From assembly GCA_002753465.1 (NCBI GenBank), contig PEAF01000007.1:1-54802 (forward strand): a DNA stretch of 54,802 nucleotides. The letters are read 5' to 3'. The DNA comes from Candidatus Omnitrophota bacterium (lineage in GTDB: Bacteria; Omnitrophota; Gorgyraeia; Zapsychrales; Fredricksoniimonadaceae). Of the stretch, positions 32,304 through 41,425 are shown in pieces. A program made the translations under genes and the position numbers. Position 1 is the stretch's first letter. Each line of letters starts with the position of its first letter. Under the pieces are notes generated by a model. The model had not been told where the DNA came from, did not search any database, and saw only the letters and a program-made list of their open reading frames with translations.

Positions 32304-33551
32304 ATGACAACAACAAACACACCAACAACTTTTTTTGGTTTGGGAATTGCGCCCAAAGTACTTGAAGTACTTGCACGCATGAAATTCGTGGTGCCGACAC
32401 CTATTCAACATAAGGCCATTCCGATGGCGGTTGAGGGTAAGGACATCATGGGTATCGCCCAGACCGGTACCGGGAAAACACTGGCTTTTGCCATTCCCAT
32501 GGTACAGCGCCTGGCACAGGAGCCTATCGGCATCGGCCTTGTGGTCGTTCCGACACGCGAACTGGCTATCCAGGTTGAAGAAACATTTAACAAGGTAGCG
32601 CAGCCGTTCGGTTTAAGGACCGCGATCCTCATCGGCGGTGCGTCGATGGAAGAGCAGTTGCGTGCCATCAAGAAAGGCGCGCGTATCCTTATTGCGACAC
32701 CGGGACGCCTGATCGATCATATGCAGCGTGGCACCGTGCGGCTTCAGACAACGCGCGTCCTTGTGCTTGATGAGGCTGATCGTATGTTCGACATGGGTTT
32801 TGCTCCGCAGATCGAACAGATCCTGCAGCAGGTCCCGAAGGAACGTCAGACCATGCTTTTTTCAGCGACCATGCCGCGGGACATCATGGCCATGGCTTCG
32901 CGTCACATGAAGCTTCCGATCAATATTGAGGTAGCACCCCAGGGTACAGCTGCTGAACGCGTTGTTCAGGAGATCTTCGTGGTCCGTCGTGAAATGAAGA
33001 GCATCCTCTTGCAGAAAATTCTGGGCCAGTATCGCGGCTCTATTCTTATTTTCTCGCGCACCAAGCACGGTGCTAGTAAGCTCGTTCGTGAGATCAAGGC
33101 CATGACTCACAGTGCAGCCGAGATCCACTCGGACCGTTCCTTGTCCCAGCGCCGTCAGGCACTTGAGGGGTTCAAGGTTGGACGTTATCGTATCCTTGTG
33201 GCGACAGATATCGCCGCGCGCGGTATTGACGTTAAAGGCATTGAGCTTGTTATCAATTACGATCTTCCGGATGATGCCGAGAACTATGTGCATCGCATTG
33301 GCCGTACGGGCCGTGCCGGCATGGAAGGCCGCGCGATCTCGATCGCTACGCCGGATCAGGCCGATCAGATCCAGGCCATTGAACGCTGCATGCGTTCGGA
33401 GATCAAGTTGGCTGAGCATCCTGAGATCGAAACACAGAAGCTTTACCGTGCACCTTCCCGCAGCGCTTCAAGCGGGTCGAGCAGCCGCAGGCCTTCAAGC
33501 GGTGGCAGAAGCTTCAGGGGTAAATCCTTTGGCGGCCGTCGTCGTTTCTGA
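32304..33551 (+). CDS. DEAD-box ATP-dependent RNA helicase (RhlE-like)
   Basis: Q motif PTPIQ, AQTGTGKT, PTRELA, DEAD, SAT, HRIGRTGR; basic Ser/Arg/Gly tail. Confidence 0.95.
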   Translation: MTTTNTPTTFFGLGIAPKVLEVLARMKFVVPTPIQHKAIPMAVEGKDIMGIAQTGTGKTLAFAIPMVQRLAQEPIGIGLVVVPTRELAIQVEETFNKVAQPFGLRTAILIGGASMEEQLRAIKKGARILIATPGRLIDHMQRGTVRLQTTRVLVLDEADRMFDMGFAPQIEQILQQVPKERQTMLFSATMPRDIMAMASRHMKLPINIEVAPQGTAAERVVQEIFVVRREMKSILLQKILGQYRGSILIFSRTKHGASKLVREIKAMTHSAAEIHSDRSLSQRRQALEGFKVGRYRILVATDIAARGIDVKGIELVINYDLPDDAENYVHRIGRTGRAGMEGRAISIATPDQADQIQAIERCMRSEIKLAEHPEIETQKLYRAPSRSASSGSSSRRPSSGGRSFRGKSFGGRRRF

Positions 33552-33619
33552 TAAATAGCTTGTCATCCTGAGGGCGAAGCCCGAAGGATCTCAGCGTTCT
33601 TTAGAATATGTTGTTAGAA

Positions 33620-33648
33620 AAGCCTCTTGGGAAACCAGGGGGCTTTTT
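33620..33648 (+). terminator. Intrinsic terminator (copy 1 of a 29-bp repeat)
   Basis: AAGCCTCTTGG-GAAA-CCAGGGGGCTTTTT. Confidence 0.8.
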
Positions 33649-33741
33649 GTTTTACGCGCGTTAATATCGATCGTATTATTTACGCCCTCCCCCTTGTGGG
33701 GAGGGAATGGAAGGGGGGCACATTATGCTTTTGAGGCCAAG

Positions 33742-33780
33742 TTGACTTTTGTTCTTGATCAGAGTATCCTTATTGTAAGG
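33742..33780 (+). promoter_or_regulatory. Promoter and candidate operator of the second TA operon
   Basis: TTGACT-N17-TATCCT; inverted repeat CCTTA-TTG-TAAGG overlapping the -10. Confidence 0.55.
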
Positions 33781-33812
33781 AAGTAAGGAATAATACAGGA
33801 AGGCGGCCAAGT

Positions 33813-34076
33813 ATGACTATTATTGAAACGGCTAAAATAACAACAAAGGGACAAGTGACGATCCCCAATCGGATCCGCAAGCTTTTACATTTGGAAGAAG
33901 GATCTTCGGTTGCTTTTGGTATTAGTAAGAACGGCATCATGTTGATGCCCTGTGAAGTGACCGCTAAATCGCCGTACACGTCCAAAGAGTGGCAAAAGAT
34001 CGAGAAATTGGCCTCTGAGAAGGGAAAAGCATTCTCAAGTGATGACGCGGCGAAGGGTTATCTCGCTAGTTTATGA
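33813..34076 (+). CDS. AbrB/MazE/SpoVT family antitoxin
   Basis: KITTKGQVTIPNRIRKLLHLEEG signature. Confidence 0.85.
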   Translation: MTIIETAKITTKGQVTIPNRIRKLLHLEEGSSVAFGISKNGIMLMPCEVTAKSPYTSKEWQKIEKLASEKGKAFSSDDAAKGYLASL

Positions 34077-34351
34077 AGTTTGAATTTAAACCGTCCTTTG
34101 ATCGCTCGATCAAGCAGTTGCCTTTAAATGATAAGGCTGAAGTTAAGGCTGCGGCCAGTCAACTTATTGAAGTTTTGTCTAAAGACAGAGAGATTTACCA
34201 GGGGTTGGGGCTAAAACGTCTTAAAGGTGATTTCTGGGAAGTTCGTTATGGGCTTAAAGTCAGGATCCTCTTTCGCTGGGAAGGGGCTCTGGTGGAATTT
34301 CTACTTGCCGGCAATCACGATGATGTTAAGCGTTTTCTAAAACAAAATTGA
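34073..34351 (+). CDS. RelE/ParE-like toxin
   Basis: ATGA overlap with antitoxin; FDRSIKQL...LKRLKGDFWEVR...RILF...GNHDDV. Confidence 0.75.
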   Translation: MKFEFKPSFDRSIKQLPLNDKAEVKAAASQLIEVLSKDREIYQGLGLKRLKGDFWEVRYGLKVRILFRWEGALVEFLLAGNHDDVKRFLKQN

Positions 34352-34359
34352 TCAATGGT

Positions 34360-34418
34360 AATTATGGGGACATGTACCATTAATTCGCGAAGCGAATTTG
34401 GTACGTGTCCCCATAATT
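34360..34418. repeat. Long palindrome (GGGGACAYGTACC type)
   Basis: AATTATGGGGACATGTACCA ... TGGTACGTGTCCCCATAATT with inner AATTCGC-GAA-GCGAATT; half-site GGGACACGTACCA recurs at 37035-37047. Confidence 0.7.
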
Positions 34419-34437
34419 GTTTAGGTAAGGTCCCGGT

Positions 34438-34665
34438 ATGATTAGAAATGCGCGTAATGACAATGACGTTATTATTTGTTACTGTTCGGACTTGAAAAGG
34501 TGCGAGATAAGGAATGCCGTCAAGAACGGTTGTCGGACGATAGCGGATGTGAGAAAGCATGCGGGTAAGAATATAACAGGACAATGTGCAGAAAAGAATC
34601 CGTCGAAAAGGTGTTGCCATGATCTGTTCATGGATGAAATAAACAGGACCCTTAAAGCTCTATAA
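34438..34665 (+). CDS. BFD-like (2Fe-2S)-binding protein
   Basis: ICYC...IRNAV..G...C...NPS.RCC pattern. Confidence 0.7.
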   Translation: MIRNARNDNDVIICYCSDLKRCEIRNAVKNGCRTIADVRKHAGKNITGQCAEKNPSKRCCHDLFMDEINRTLKAL

Positions 34666-34690
34666 ATCGTGCATGCCCCTTTAATTGTAA

Positions 34691-34912
34691 TTAAAAGTCG
34701 ACCAGTTTTGATAGGGGGATTTTAAAAGCAGTCGCTAATTTGTTGAGTGTGATTAAGCTCGGGCAAGTGGGATTCTTTGATTCTAGATATTGAACGTTTT
34801 TGTAGGAAATATCAGCAACCTCAGCAAGCTTCTCCTGTGTTAAGCCTTCCTTTATTCTTAATTCTCGTAGCCGTCTTGAGAACCTTCTAACGACATCATT
34901 ATTGTTCTTCAT
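34691..34912 (-). CDS. XRE-family HTH transcriptional regulator
   Basis: LRELRIKEGLTQEKLAE...PSLITLNKLA. Confidence 0.85.
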   Translation of the reverse strand: MKNNNDVVRRFSRRLRELRIKEGLTQEKLAEVADISYKNVQYLESKNPTCPSLITLNKLATAFKIPLSKLVDF

Positions 34913-35022
34913 GGGTGGATTATAGTTTCAGCGCACAATTCTTTACACCAAAGGCATTGGGTGTTAACATTGTGCATGTTTACATCAGAAGAACTAATTT
35001 CCATGGGATTTGGGAGGGCTTA

Positions 35023-35739
35023 ATGGCAGAAAAGAAAAATTATTTGTTAACTAGTTTCTTGTCTGTATTTGAAGGCGAGAAAAGGGGTAAAGTGTTGGAC
35101 ATTGGGTGTGGTAACGGTGACTATGCGTTCAATCTTAAGAAGATGGGTTTTGATGTTCTAGCCGCGGATATGGATATCGAGCGATTTCAATATAAGGGGC
35201 AGATCGACTTTAAAGAATGTGACGTTACTGAAAAGCTACCGTTTGGTGATAATACTTTTGATTTTATTGTATTTTCTGAGGTTGTTGAGCATTTAAAGAA
35301 TCCGTATGATGTATTTAAAGAATTGAATAGAATTTTAAAGTCCGGCGGGAAGATTGTTCTATCAACCCCTAACATTTTAAATCTAAAATCAAGAGTTCGT
35401 TTTTTTACCGAGGGTTGTTGGGAATATTTCAGAGAGATACCCTTAGAGCATTCTAAGAATCCTAAGGAAGTTATTTGGAACTTGCATTTAATGCCATGGC
35501 GTTATCATGAATTAGAGTATCTGCTTCACTATAGTCATTTAGAAATCGAAGGTATTTATACTAGTAAATATGAGGGGATGGGCCTAGCTTTTATAGTGCC
35601 AATGATGTGGCTTCAATTAAGATCGAAGGAAAGGCGCGCAAAGAAAAAGGGTGGGGTAGATTTCTCTAGGATCAATAATATTATGTTGTCTAAGAATATG
35701 CTTTTTGGAGAGCATTTAATATTGAAAGCAGTTAAGTAA
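35023..35739 (+). CDS. Class I SAM-dependent methyltransferase
   Basis: VLDIGCGNG, LPFGDNTFD, EVVEHL, LKSGG..VLSTPN; start at ATG 35023 after GGAGG. Confidence 0.88.
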   Translation: MAEKKNYLLTSFLSVFEGEKRGKVLDIGCGNGDYAFNLKKMGFDVLAADMDIERFQYKGQIDFKECDVTEKLPFGDNTFDFIVFSEVVEHLKNPYDVFKELNRILKSGGKIVLSTPNILNLKSRVRFFTEGCWEYFREIPLEHSKNPKEVIWNLHLMPWRYHELEYLLHYSHLEIEGIYTSKYEGMGLAFIVPMMWLQLRSKERRAKKKGGVDFSRINNIMLSKNMLFGEHLILKAVK

Positions 35740-35932
35740 TAGCTTTGAATTTGAAGAGAGGGCTATACTATGGGCAAATCATCATCGTCTGGGAGGAAAA
35801 AGTCCCACACATAAAAGAATAGAAATAATGGCAGAATTAAGATTGTGGCAATAAAAGAAAGCGTAGTCAGGATTGCCGCGTTCCATTTTTTTCTCATATA
35901 CCTCACCGTATACCCTTAAACAATCCCAGCTT

Positions 35933-36664
35933 TTATTTAAATGCCTGATTAATGAATAAATAATTTGCAAACGAATCTTTTTTCCCATTACGTCCAATGC
36001 ACGGTACTTCTTCAGCTAACTTGAAACCAAACCCCGATAAGTAACGACTTACATCATCAAGACACTTTTGCCCTTGATAAAGAGGGATTGTTTCAATTTC
36101 ACTAATAATGTATCTAACACGATTCAAAACATCCCCCAATCCTTGTAATGCCTCAAATTCTGCCCCCTGAAGATCCATGCATAGTAGATCAATGCTCTGA
36201 ATACCATATTCATGACAAAAGCCATCCAGTCGGATGGCATCCACCTCAATCTCGCACTGTTTTAATTTTTCGTAATGTAAATTGGCGCTCATAAAACAAG
36301 AAGAGCTACCGATATTCTTTGCTTGAAGCTCAGGTAAGTCGTCATCATATGAGGCAACAACTGGGAAGAATTGTATTTTCTTATCTTGATTCCAAACGGC
36401 CTTCTCAATTAAAACGACATTTTCAGCTTTCGCCAAATTCTGACGGCACAATGAAAGCGAGTCAGGGTTACATTCAAAAGCAAACACTCTTGCCCGAAAG
36501 AATTTCTGCAACAATATGGCGTCTTTAAGATCCCTGCTTCCAACTTCAAAAACAAGCTTCACTTCGGCTCTTTCTATGTGCCGTTTAAACTGTTTATCTA
36601 AATAAGTGCTATACGGCCGTACCCTTTTTATTCCTAACCATCTCTTTAAAATGCCCCCTGCCAT
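35933..36664 (-). CDS. FkbM family methyltransferase
   Basis: FEVGS, FAFECNP, IDLLCMDLQGAE; start at ATG 36664 after GAGGT. Confidence 0.85.
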   Translation of the reverse strand: MAGGILKRWLGIKRVRPYSTYLDKQFKRHIERAEVKLVFEVGSRDLKDAILLQKFFRARVFAFECNPDSLSLCRQNLAKAENVVLIEKAVWNQDKKIQFFPVVASYDDDLPELQAKNIGSSSCFMSANLHYEKLKQCEIEVDAIRLDGFCHEYGIQSIDLLCMDLQGAEFEALQGLGDVLNRVRYIISEIETIPLYQGQKCLDDVSRYLSGFGFKLAEEVPCIGRNGKKDSFANYLFINQAFK

Positions 36665-36788
36665 ACCTACCTCTTTCTGATACGCCTTTTTATAAGAAGC
36701 CATATTATAGACATACCTTGTGGGTATGCAAGTAAAACATACCTAAGCCGGAGTGTTCCTCTGCGGTATGCAATAAGATAATATTTAC

Positions 36789-37016
36789 ATGGCAACAGCC
36801 CAACACAACATAAAAAATACTCTTGTGGAAAATATTAAATGCTATCGTGAAAAGGCGCACCTTACACAAGAACAGGCGGCAGAGCGGGCTGGGATTACTG
36901 CAAAATATTGGCAGCGACTAGAAATGCGCTCACAAATAGATCTTCCTTCGATAAAAGTGCTTTTTAAGATTGCGCAAGCGCTTAACATAAACCCCGGCAA
37001 GTTAATCGACAACTAA
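36789..37016 (+). CDS. XRE-family HTH transcriptional regulator
   Basis: NIKCYREKAHLTQEQAAE...PSIKVLFKIAQAL. Confidence 0.85.
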   Translation: MATAQHNIKNTLVENIKCYREKAHLTQEQAAERAGITAKYWQRLEMRSQIDLPSIKVLFKIAQALNINPGKLIDN

Positions 37017-37147
37017 TACCATCAGACAGTTCCAGGGACACGTACCAAAGGTTTCCGGAGACACGGTTTTTAAGGTGTCCAGTAATTCCGAAATTGTGTG
37101 ATAATATTATTAGGGCTTTTTATAAAACAAATCATAAGGGGGCTGGT

Positions 37148-37543
37148 ATGAAGAAGTTTTTATCGATGGTGATGGTAGGTGTCATGGCGCTGGCTTTGTC
37201 AGGTGCAGCTTTTGCGCAGGCGCCGGCAGGTTATGTGGCCAGTAAAGGCGGCGAAAAGTTCCATACAACAGAGTGTCCTGTAGCTAAAAAGATCACGGCT
37301 GACAAATTGGTGAAGTTTGCCACACCGGATGAGGCGATCAAGGCGGGTTATAGCGCATGTAAAACTTGCAATCCGCCGCCAAGTGCTGATGCGTTGGTTG
37401 TGACTAAGGCGGGCGGCAAGTATCATAAGCAAAGCTGCCGGATCGTCGCTGGCATGGATACAGCTAACAAGGTGTACTATAAAGATGTGGCGGCAGCGGA
37501 AAAAGATGGCTATAAGCCGTGCGCGATCTGTTTTAAAAAGTAA
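37148..37543 (+). CDS. Secreted protein with two Ada-like Zn-binding domains
   Basis: Signal peptide (AAFA); two K(F/Y)H...C...GY..CxxC repeats. Confidence 0.75.
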   Translation: MKKFLSMVMVGVMALALSGAAFAQAPAGYVASKGGEKFHTTECPVAKKITADKLVKFATPDEAIKAGYSACKTCNPPPSADALVVTKAGGKYHKQSCRIVAGMDTANKVYYKDVAAAEKDGYKPCAICFKK

Positions 37544-37567
37544 TAGTTGTTAAGGGTTTTATTTAAG

Positions 37568-37598
37568 AAGCCTCTTGGGAAACCAAGGGGCTTTTTTA
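37568..37598 (+). terminator. Intrinsic terminator (copy 2 of the 29-bp repeat)
   Basis: AAGCCTCTTGG-GAAA-CCAAGGGGCTTTTTT, 28/29 identical to 33620-33648. Confidence 0.8.
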
Positions 37599-37644
37599 TT
37601 TCTCAAGGATGATTGAGCTTCTGAGGGGGGATTGGCGATAATTG

Positions 37645-37780
37645 TTTTCCTGGTTTCATAAGGCCTCGGGACGCCTGGCTGCTCAGACAGTGGAAACAGC
37701 TTTTTCTATAAAAAGAATTATTGAAAGCTTGGTTTCCAAACTCGCAGCTGCGGCATTCCCTCAGCCCTAAACCAGGAAAA
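37645..37780 (-). repeat. Structured ~135-bp intergenic element, copy A
   Basis: Reverse complement aligns with 52668-52800; nested inverted repeats; strand given only relative to copy B. Confidence 0.8.
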
Positions 37781-37791
37781 TATAACATTAG

Positions 37792-37962
37792 TTTTGCTTA
37801 GGGTTAGAGGTGATTCTAAAGCCGACATGGCTCGGCCGAACGGGCATGGATTTGGCCAAACAACGTGAGGCCAAAGAGTGAGGACGAGTCTCTGAGCGAA
37901 GCCAGCCTCGCGGGGGCTGGCAAGCGTTCGGCGTAGAAGCACCTCTAACCCTAAGAGCAAAG
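37792..37962. repeat. ~170-bp MITE-like element with ~26-bp terminal inverted repeats
   Basis: TTTGCTTAGGGTTAGAGGTGATTCTA ... TAGAAGCACCTCTAACCCTAAGAGCAAA plus internal hairpins. Confidence 0.65.
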
Positions 37963-38009
37963 CTCATTAAAGACATCAGGCGGCAGGACCCGCTACGTAG
38001 TGTGGTATT

Positions 38010-39338
38010 TTATTCTTGGAATAGCGCGAGTGTTGCCCAACAGAACAGGGCGGGCAGGATGTCGAGGGCAACACGTTCAAAGCTTGTATTCATCCACCAG
38101 ACAATGTCGTAGTGCGTGTTGATATAGAACATGCTTAACGAGAAACAAATGTTGGCCAGTAAAACGACGGGGAACAGGCGTACGGTTTGGTTGAGACTTT
38201 TACGTCCGGCCACCATGAGGGCGATGACAGGAAGTATCCACAATCCCTGCCAGCGGTTGTTGATAAGGTCATGGCCCATGAATGACATGAAATATGAAAA
38301 CCGGTCCCAGGTCAGCGGGTGATCGGGCGCTGTGAGGCCGTTCTTGAACACAACAACTTTCCGGGGTGCGTAGATAAAAACGAATAACAAGAGAGGGATG
38401 GCGGCCGCGATGGTCGCTGACCATAATTTTATCAAGGCGTTCTTACAGATATCCTTGAAGGTTGTCATGATCAGGATCGAGCTGGCGATGCCGGTGATGG
38501 CGAGTAAGCCCATGCCTTCGGCTTTGGTGAATCCCATCATGCCTAATGTAGCGCCCATTAAAATAAGATAGCCGGCATTTTTTGTTAAATTGAATAGGGC
38601 GAACAAGCCCAGGGCTGTGAGCAGGAATGTCGCTACCAGAAGGTCACTGTACTGGCTGGAAGCTTGAATGGCGACGGCCAGGTTCGTGAAAAGGCAAGCC
38701 GGTATCAGGACCATATAGAACTTGCCTGTGATCTCTTTAAGTATCCCGAATAAAACGCCTGCCGACAGAAAAGTGATGAGGCAGGTCATGATTAGCGGCA
38801 CAAGAGGCGTTGGGGCGCTGCCAAAGCACCACAGCCATACATGCATGAGCGGTAAAAGGAACGGATAGTTGATCTGGTCGCGCCAGAGCATGGGGTCGAA
38901 CATATTCGACCAGCTTGTGCCGCCCAGAAAAAGAAAGCGTGCTTTCATGTTCCATGTGCCCCAGGCATCCCAGCCGCCGTAAGGATAAAGGCTGGCGTGA
39001 ATAATGGTGGGGATGCATATGGCGGCGAGGATAGTGAAGGCCGCGCCGTCCTGCCAGGTCAGGGTTTTTAATAGGGGAAGGGAGCACAGTTGGTTTTTTT
39101 GTTTTAAATACCAGCCCAAGGCGGTGATGATCCCCAGATGCAGGGCGATGACCCATACGGCGGAGAGTTGATTGAAAATAACGAAACTGCTAAATGTGAG
39201 GATAGCACTCGAACCCAGGCCGATGATGCCGCTTAAGAAAAAGGTCAGCAGTGCTCCGGGGACTTTGTTGTTTAGCGCTGTTTTAATGATCAACAGCCCC
39301 AGTATCAGAGAAATGGTCAGCGGCAGCAAGTAGATCAT
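38010..39338 (-). CDS. GT-C fold (ArnT/PMT-like) membrane glycosyltransferase
   Basis: About 12 TM helices; WDAW..W..KA, NYP, TKAEG motifs. Confidence 0.6.
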   Translation of the reverse strand: MIYLLPLTISLILGLLIIKTALNNKVPGALLTFFLSGIIGLGSSAILTFSSFVIFNQLSAVWVIALHLGIITALGWYLKQKNQLCSLPLLKTLTWQDGAAFTILAAICIPTIIHASLYPYGGWDAWGTWNMKARFLFLGGTSWSNMFDPMLWRDQINYPFLLPLMHVWLWCFGSAPTPLVPLIMTCLITFLSAGVLFGILKEITGKFYMVLIPACLFTNLAVAIQASSQYSDLLVATFLLTALGLFALFNLTKNAGYLILMGATLGMMGFTKAEGMGLLAITGIASSILIMTTFKDICKNALIKLWSATIAAAIPLLLFVFIYAPRKVVVFKNGLTAPDHPLTWDRFSYFMSFMGHDLINNRWQGLWILPVIALMVAGRKSLNQTVRLFPVVLLANICFSLSMFYINTHYDIVWWMNTSFERVALDILPALFCWATLALFQE

Positions 39339-39766
39339 GGTGTTACCTGCGGCCTTTCGGCAAGGATGATGCCCATATTGTTAGCCGTCAGCGGTTTGGC
39401 GCCGATCTCTTTCATGCGGGCAATGGCTTTGGAAACATCAACGCAATTGATAAGAATGAAGCGATGGTCAAGGCTGTCCGGGTCCAAAATGACGGGTGCC
39501 AAGGTGTACTGGGCCTGTTGCAGTTCCATTAAGGGGCCCGGATTATCAAGGTTTTGGTCCGTGTAATAGGCGATATATTTATTGCCGGCCAGGATCTTTT
39601 GAATGCCTTCGAATTTCTTGCCGGCGAATGCGGCAGATTTGGGGTGCTGGCGCGGATAGAGGCTAACCAGTTTTGTTGTGCTTTGAAAGCCGTTGAATGC
39701 CGTTAGCGCGCCAACAATGGCAATAAAGACAAAGCGGATGATCTGCTTATTATTAAGTTCTTGCAT
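39335..39766 (-). CDS. Membrane-anchored hypothetical protein
   Basis: N-terminal TM, QYTLAP motif; coupled to the GT-C gene. Confidence 0.6.
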   Translation of the reverse strand: MQELNNKQIIRFVFIAIVGALTAFNGFQSTTKLVSLYPRQHPKSAAFAGKKFEGIQKILAGNKYIAYYTDQNLDNPGPLMELQQAQYTLAPVILDPDSLDHRFILINCVDVSKAIARMKEIGAKPLTANNMGIILAERPQVTP

Positions 39767-39911
39767 AGCTGTGCATTCTAAAGGCGGGAGGCAGGTATTT
39801 CAACAAAAACTATTCAGCTTTTGCTTGTCGGGGTTTTAATGAAGCAACTTTATTGCACAATACGGGTTTCGTCTATATAATAGACATTCATTTTAATTTA
39901 AGGAGGGTGTT

Positions 39912-40925
39912 TTGATATCAGTCGGTGTTATCGGGTGCGGTCATTGGGGCCCTAATCATATCCGCGTCTTTTCCCAGCTTGCCAATTCAACGTGCCTGAT
40001 GTGCGCGGACATCGATGATGTACGTCTCAAGTCCATCAAGGCGCAGTTTCCGTCAGTTGACGCTGTTAAGGATTATCGCGCGATCCTGGCCAATCCGGCC
40101 ATAGACGCGGTTTGTATCGCGGCGCCTACCAAATATCATTTTCAATTCACCCGGGAAGCATTGGCGGCCGGCAAACATGTTCTTTGCGAAAAGCCCCTGG
40201 CCATGACGCATGAGGAATGCGTTACGCTAAAGGCAGCGGCGGAGAAATCCGGCAGGATGCTGATGGTCGGGCATGTTTTTTTGTTCAACTCCGGTATTCG
40301 CTGGATGAGAGAGTATATTGCATCCGGTGAAATGGGGCGTATCTATTATGCGCATTCCGAGCGCACGAATCTGGGCCCGTTCCGCTATGATGTTAATGCG
40401 CTGTGGGACCTGGCGCCGCACGACATTGCGATCTTTGATTATTTGCTGGGAGAGTCAGCGGTCAGCGCGTCCGCGCGCGGCCTTAAATGCCTGGGCAATT
40501 CCCTGGAAGACCTTTCTTTCGCCACGCTGGATTACCCTGACGGGAAACTGGTCAATGTGCATGTCAGCTGGGCTGATCCGCGCAAGGTCCGCCAGATCAC
40601 CCTGGTGGGCGAGAAAAAGATGATCGTCTGGGATGATCTGGATGCCTTGGGCGCCATCCGCGTTTACGACAAATCGGTTGAGCGTACATCAAAATATTAT
40701 GAGTCTTACGGCGAGTTCCAGTTGCTTTCACGCGAGGGCAGCATCACTATCCCTAAGATCAATCTGGCTGAGCCGTTAAAAGCGCAGGGCCAGTATTTCA
40801 TTGATTGCATCGAAAAGGGAATTCAGCCTGAATTGGCGGATGCGCAAAAAGGCGATCAGGTGGTACGGACACTGGCCGCGGTGCAGCGCTCGATGGACCA
40901 GAACGGGACTTTGGTAAAAGTTTAA
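39912..40925 (+). CDS. Gfo/Idh/MocA oxidoreductase (nucleotide-sugar dehydrogenase-like)
   Basis: [23 protein letters not shown]; AAGGAGG RBS before TTG. Confidence 0.88.
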   Translation: MISVGVIGCGHWGPNHIRVFSQLANSTCLMCADIDDVRLKSIKAQFPSVDAVKDYRAILANPAIDAVCIAAPTKYHFQFTREALAAGKHVLCEKPLAMTHEECVTLKAAAEKSGRMLMVGHVFLFNSGIRWMREYIASGEMGRIYYAHSERTNLGPFRYDVNALWDLAPHDIAIFDYLLGESAVSASARGLKCLGNSLEDLSFATLDYPDGKLVNVHVSWADPRKVRQITLVGEKKMIVWDDLDALGAIRVYDKSVERTSKYYESYGEFQLLSREGSITIPKINLAEPLKAQGQYFIDCIEKGIQPELADAQKGDQVVRTLAAVQRSMDQNGTLVKV

Positions 40926-41425
40926 TGATGCCTTATTTTAAACACGACAAAGCATTGGTGGCTGACGGAGCGAAGATCGGCGAAGGCACGCGCATCTGGG
41001 CGTTCGTTAATGTTCAGGCCGGAGCTGTCATTGGCAAGAATTGCAATATTTGTGATTGTTCCTATGTTGAGAATAAGGCTGTTATCGGCGATGATGTGAC
41101 GATCAAGAACGGCGTTTCGGTATATGAGGGCGTGACAATCGAGGACGGTGTTTTTGTGGGACCTAACGTGGCCTTCGTCAATGACCGTTATCCCAAAAGC
41201 CGTGCGCCCTGGACCATGGAGGGCATACGGGTCAAAAAAGGTGCTTCTTTAGGGGCCAATTCAACTATCCTGTGCGGCGTGACTATCGGCGAGGGTGCGT
41301 TGGTCGGAGCAGGATCAGTTGTTGTTAAGGATGTCCCGGCTTTCGCTATCGTGGCTGGAAACCCTGCGCGTGTGATCGGCAAGGTTGGTGTTGATGGAAA
41401 GCCAGTGAAGGGAAAGAATGCCTAA
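40925..41425 (+). CDS. Hexapeptide-repeat sugar N-acetyltransferase (WbpD/WlbB-like)
   Basis: Left-handed beta-helix repeats, [19 protein letters not shown]. Confidence 0.88.
   Translation: MMPYFKHDKALVADGAKIGEGTRIWAFVNVQAGAVIGKNCNICDCSYVENKAVIGDDVTIKNGVSVYEGVTIEDGVFVGPNVAFVNDRYPKSRAPWTMEGIRVKKGASLGANSTILCGVTIGEGALVGAGSVVVKDVPAFAIVAGNPARVIGKVGVDGKPVKGKNA

Noticed and set aside
37603-37976. Short minus-strand ORFs over the structured elements
   Set aside because: No RBS or recognisable motifs; the sequence is better explained by palindromic structure
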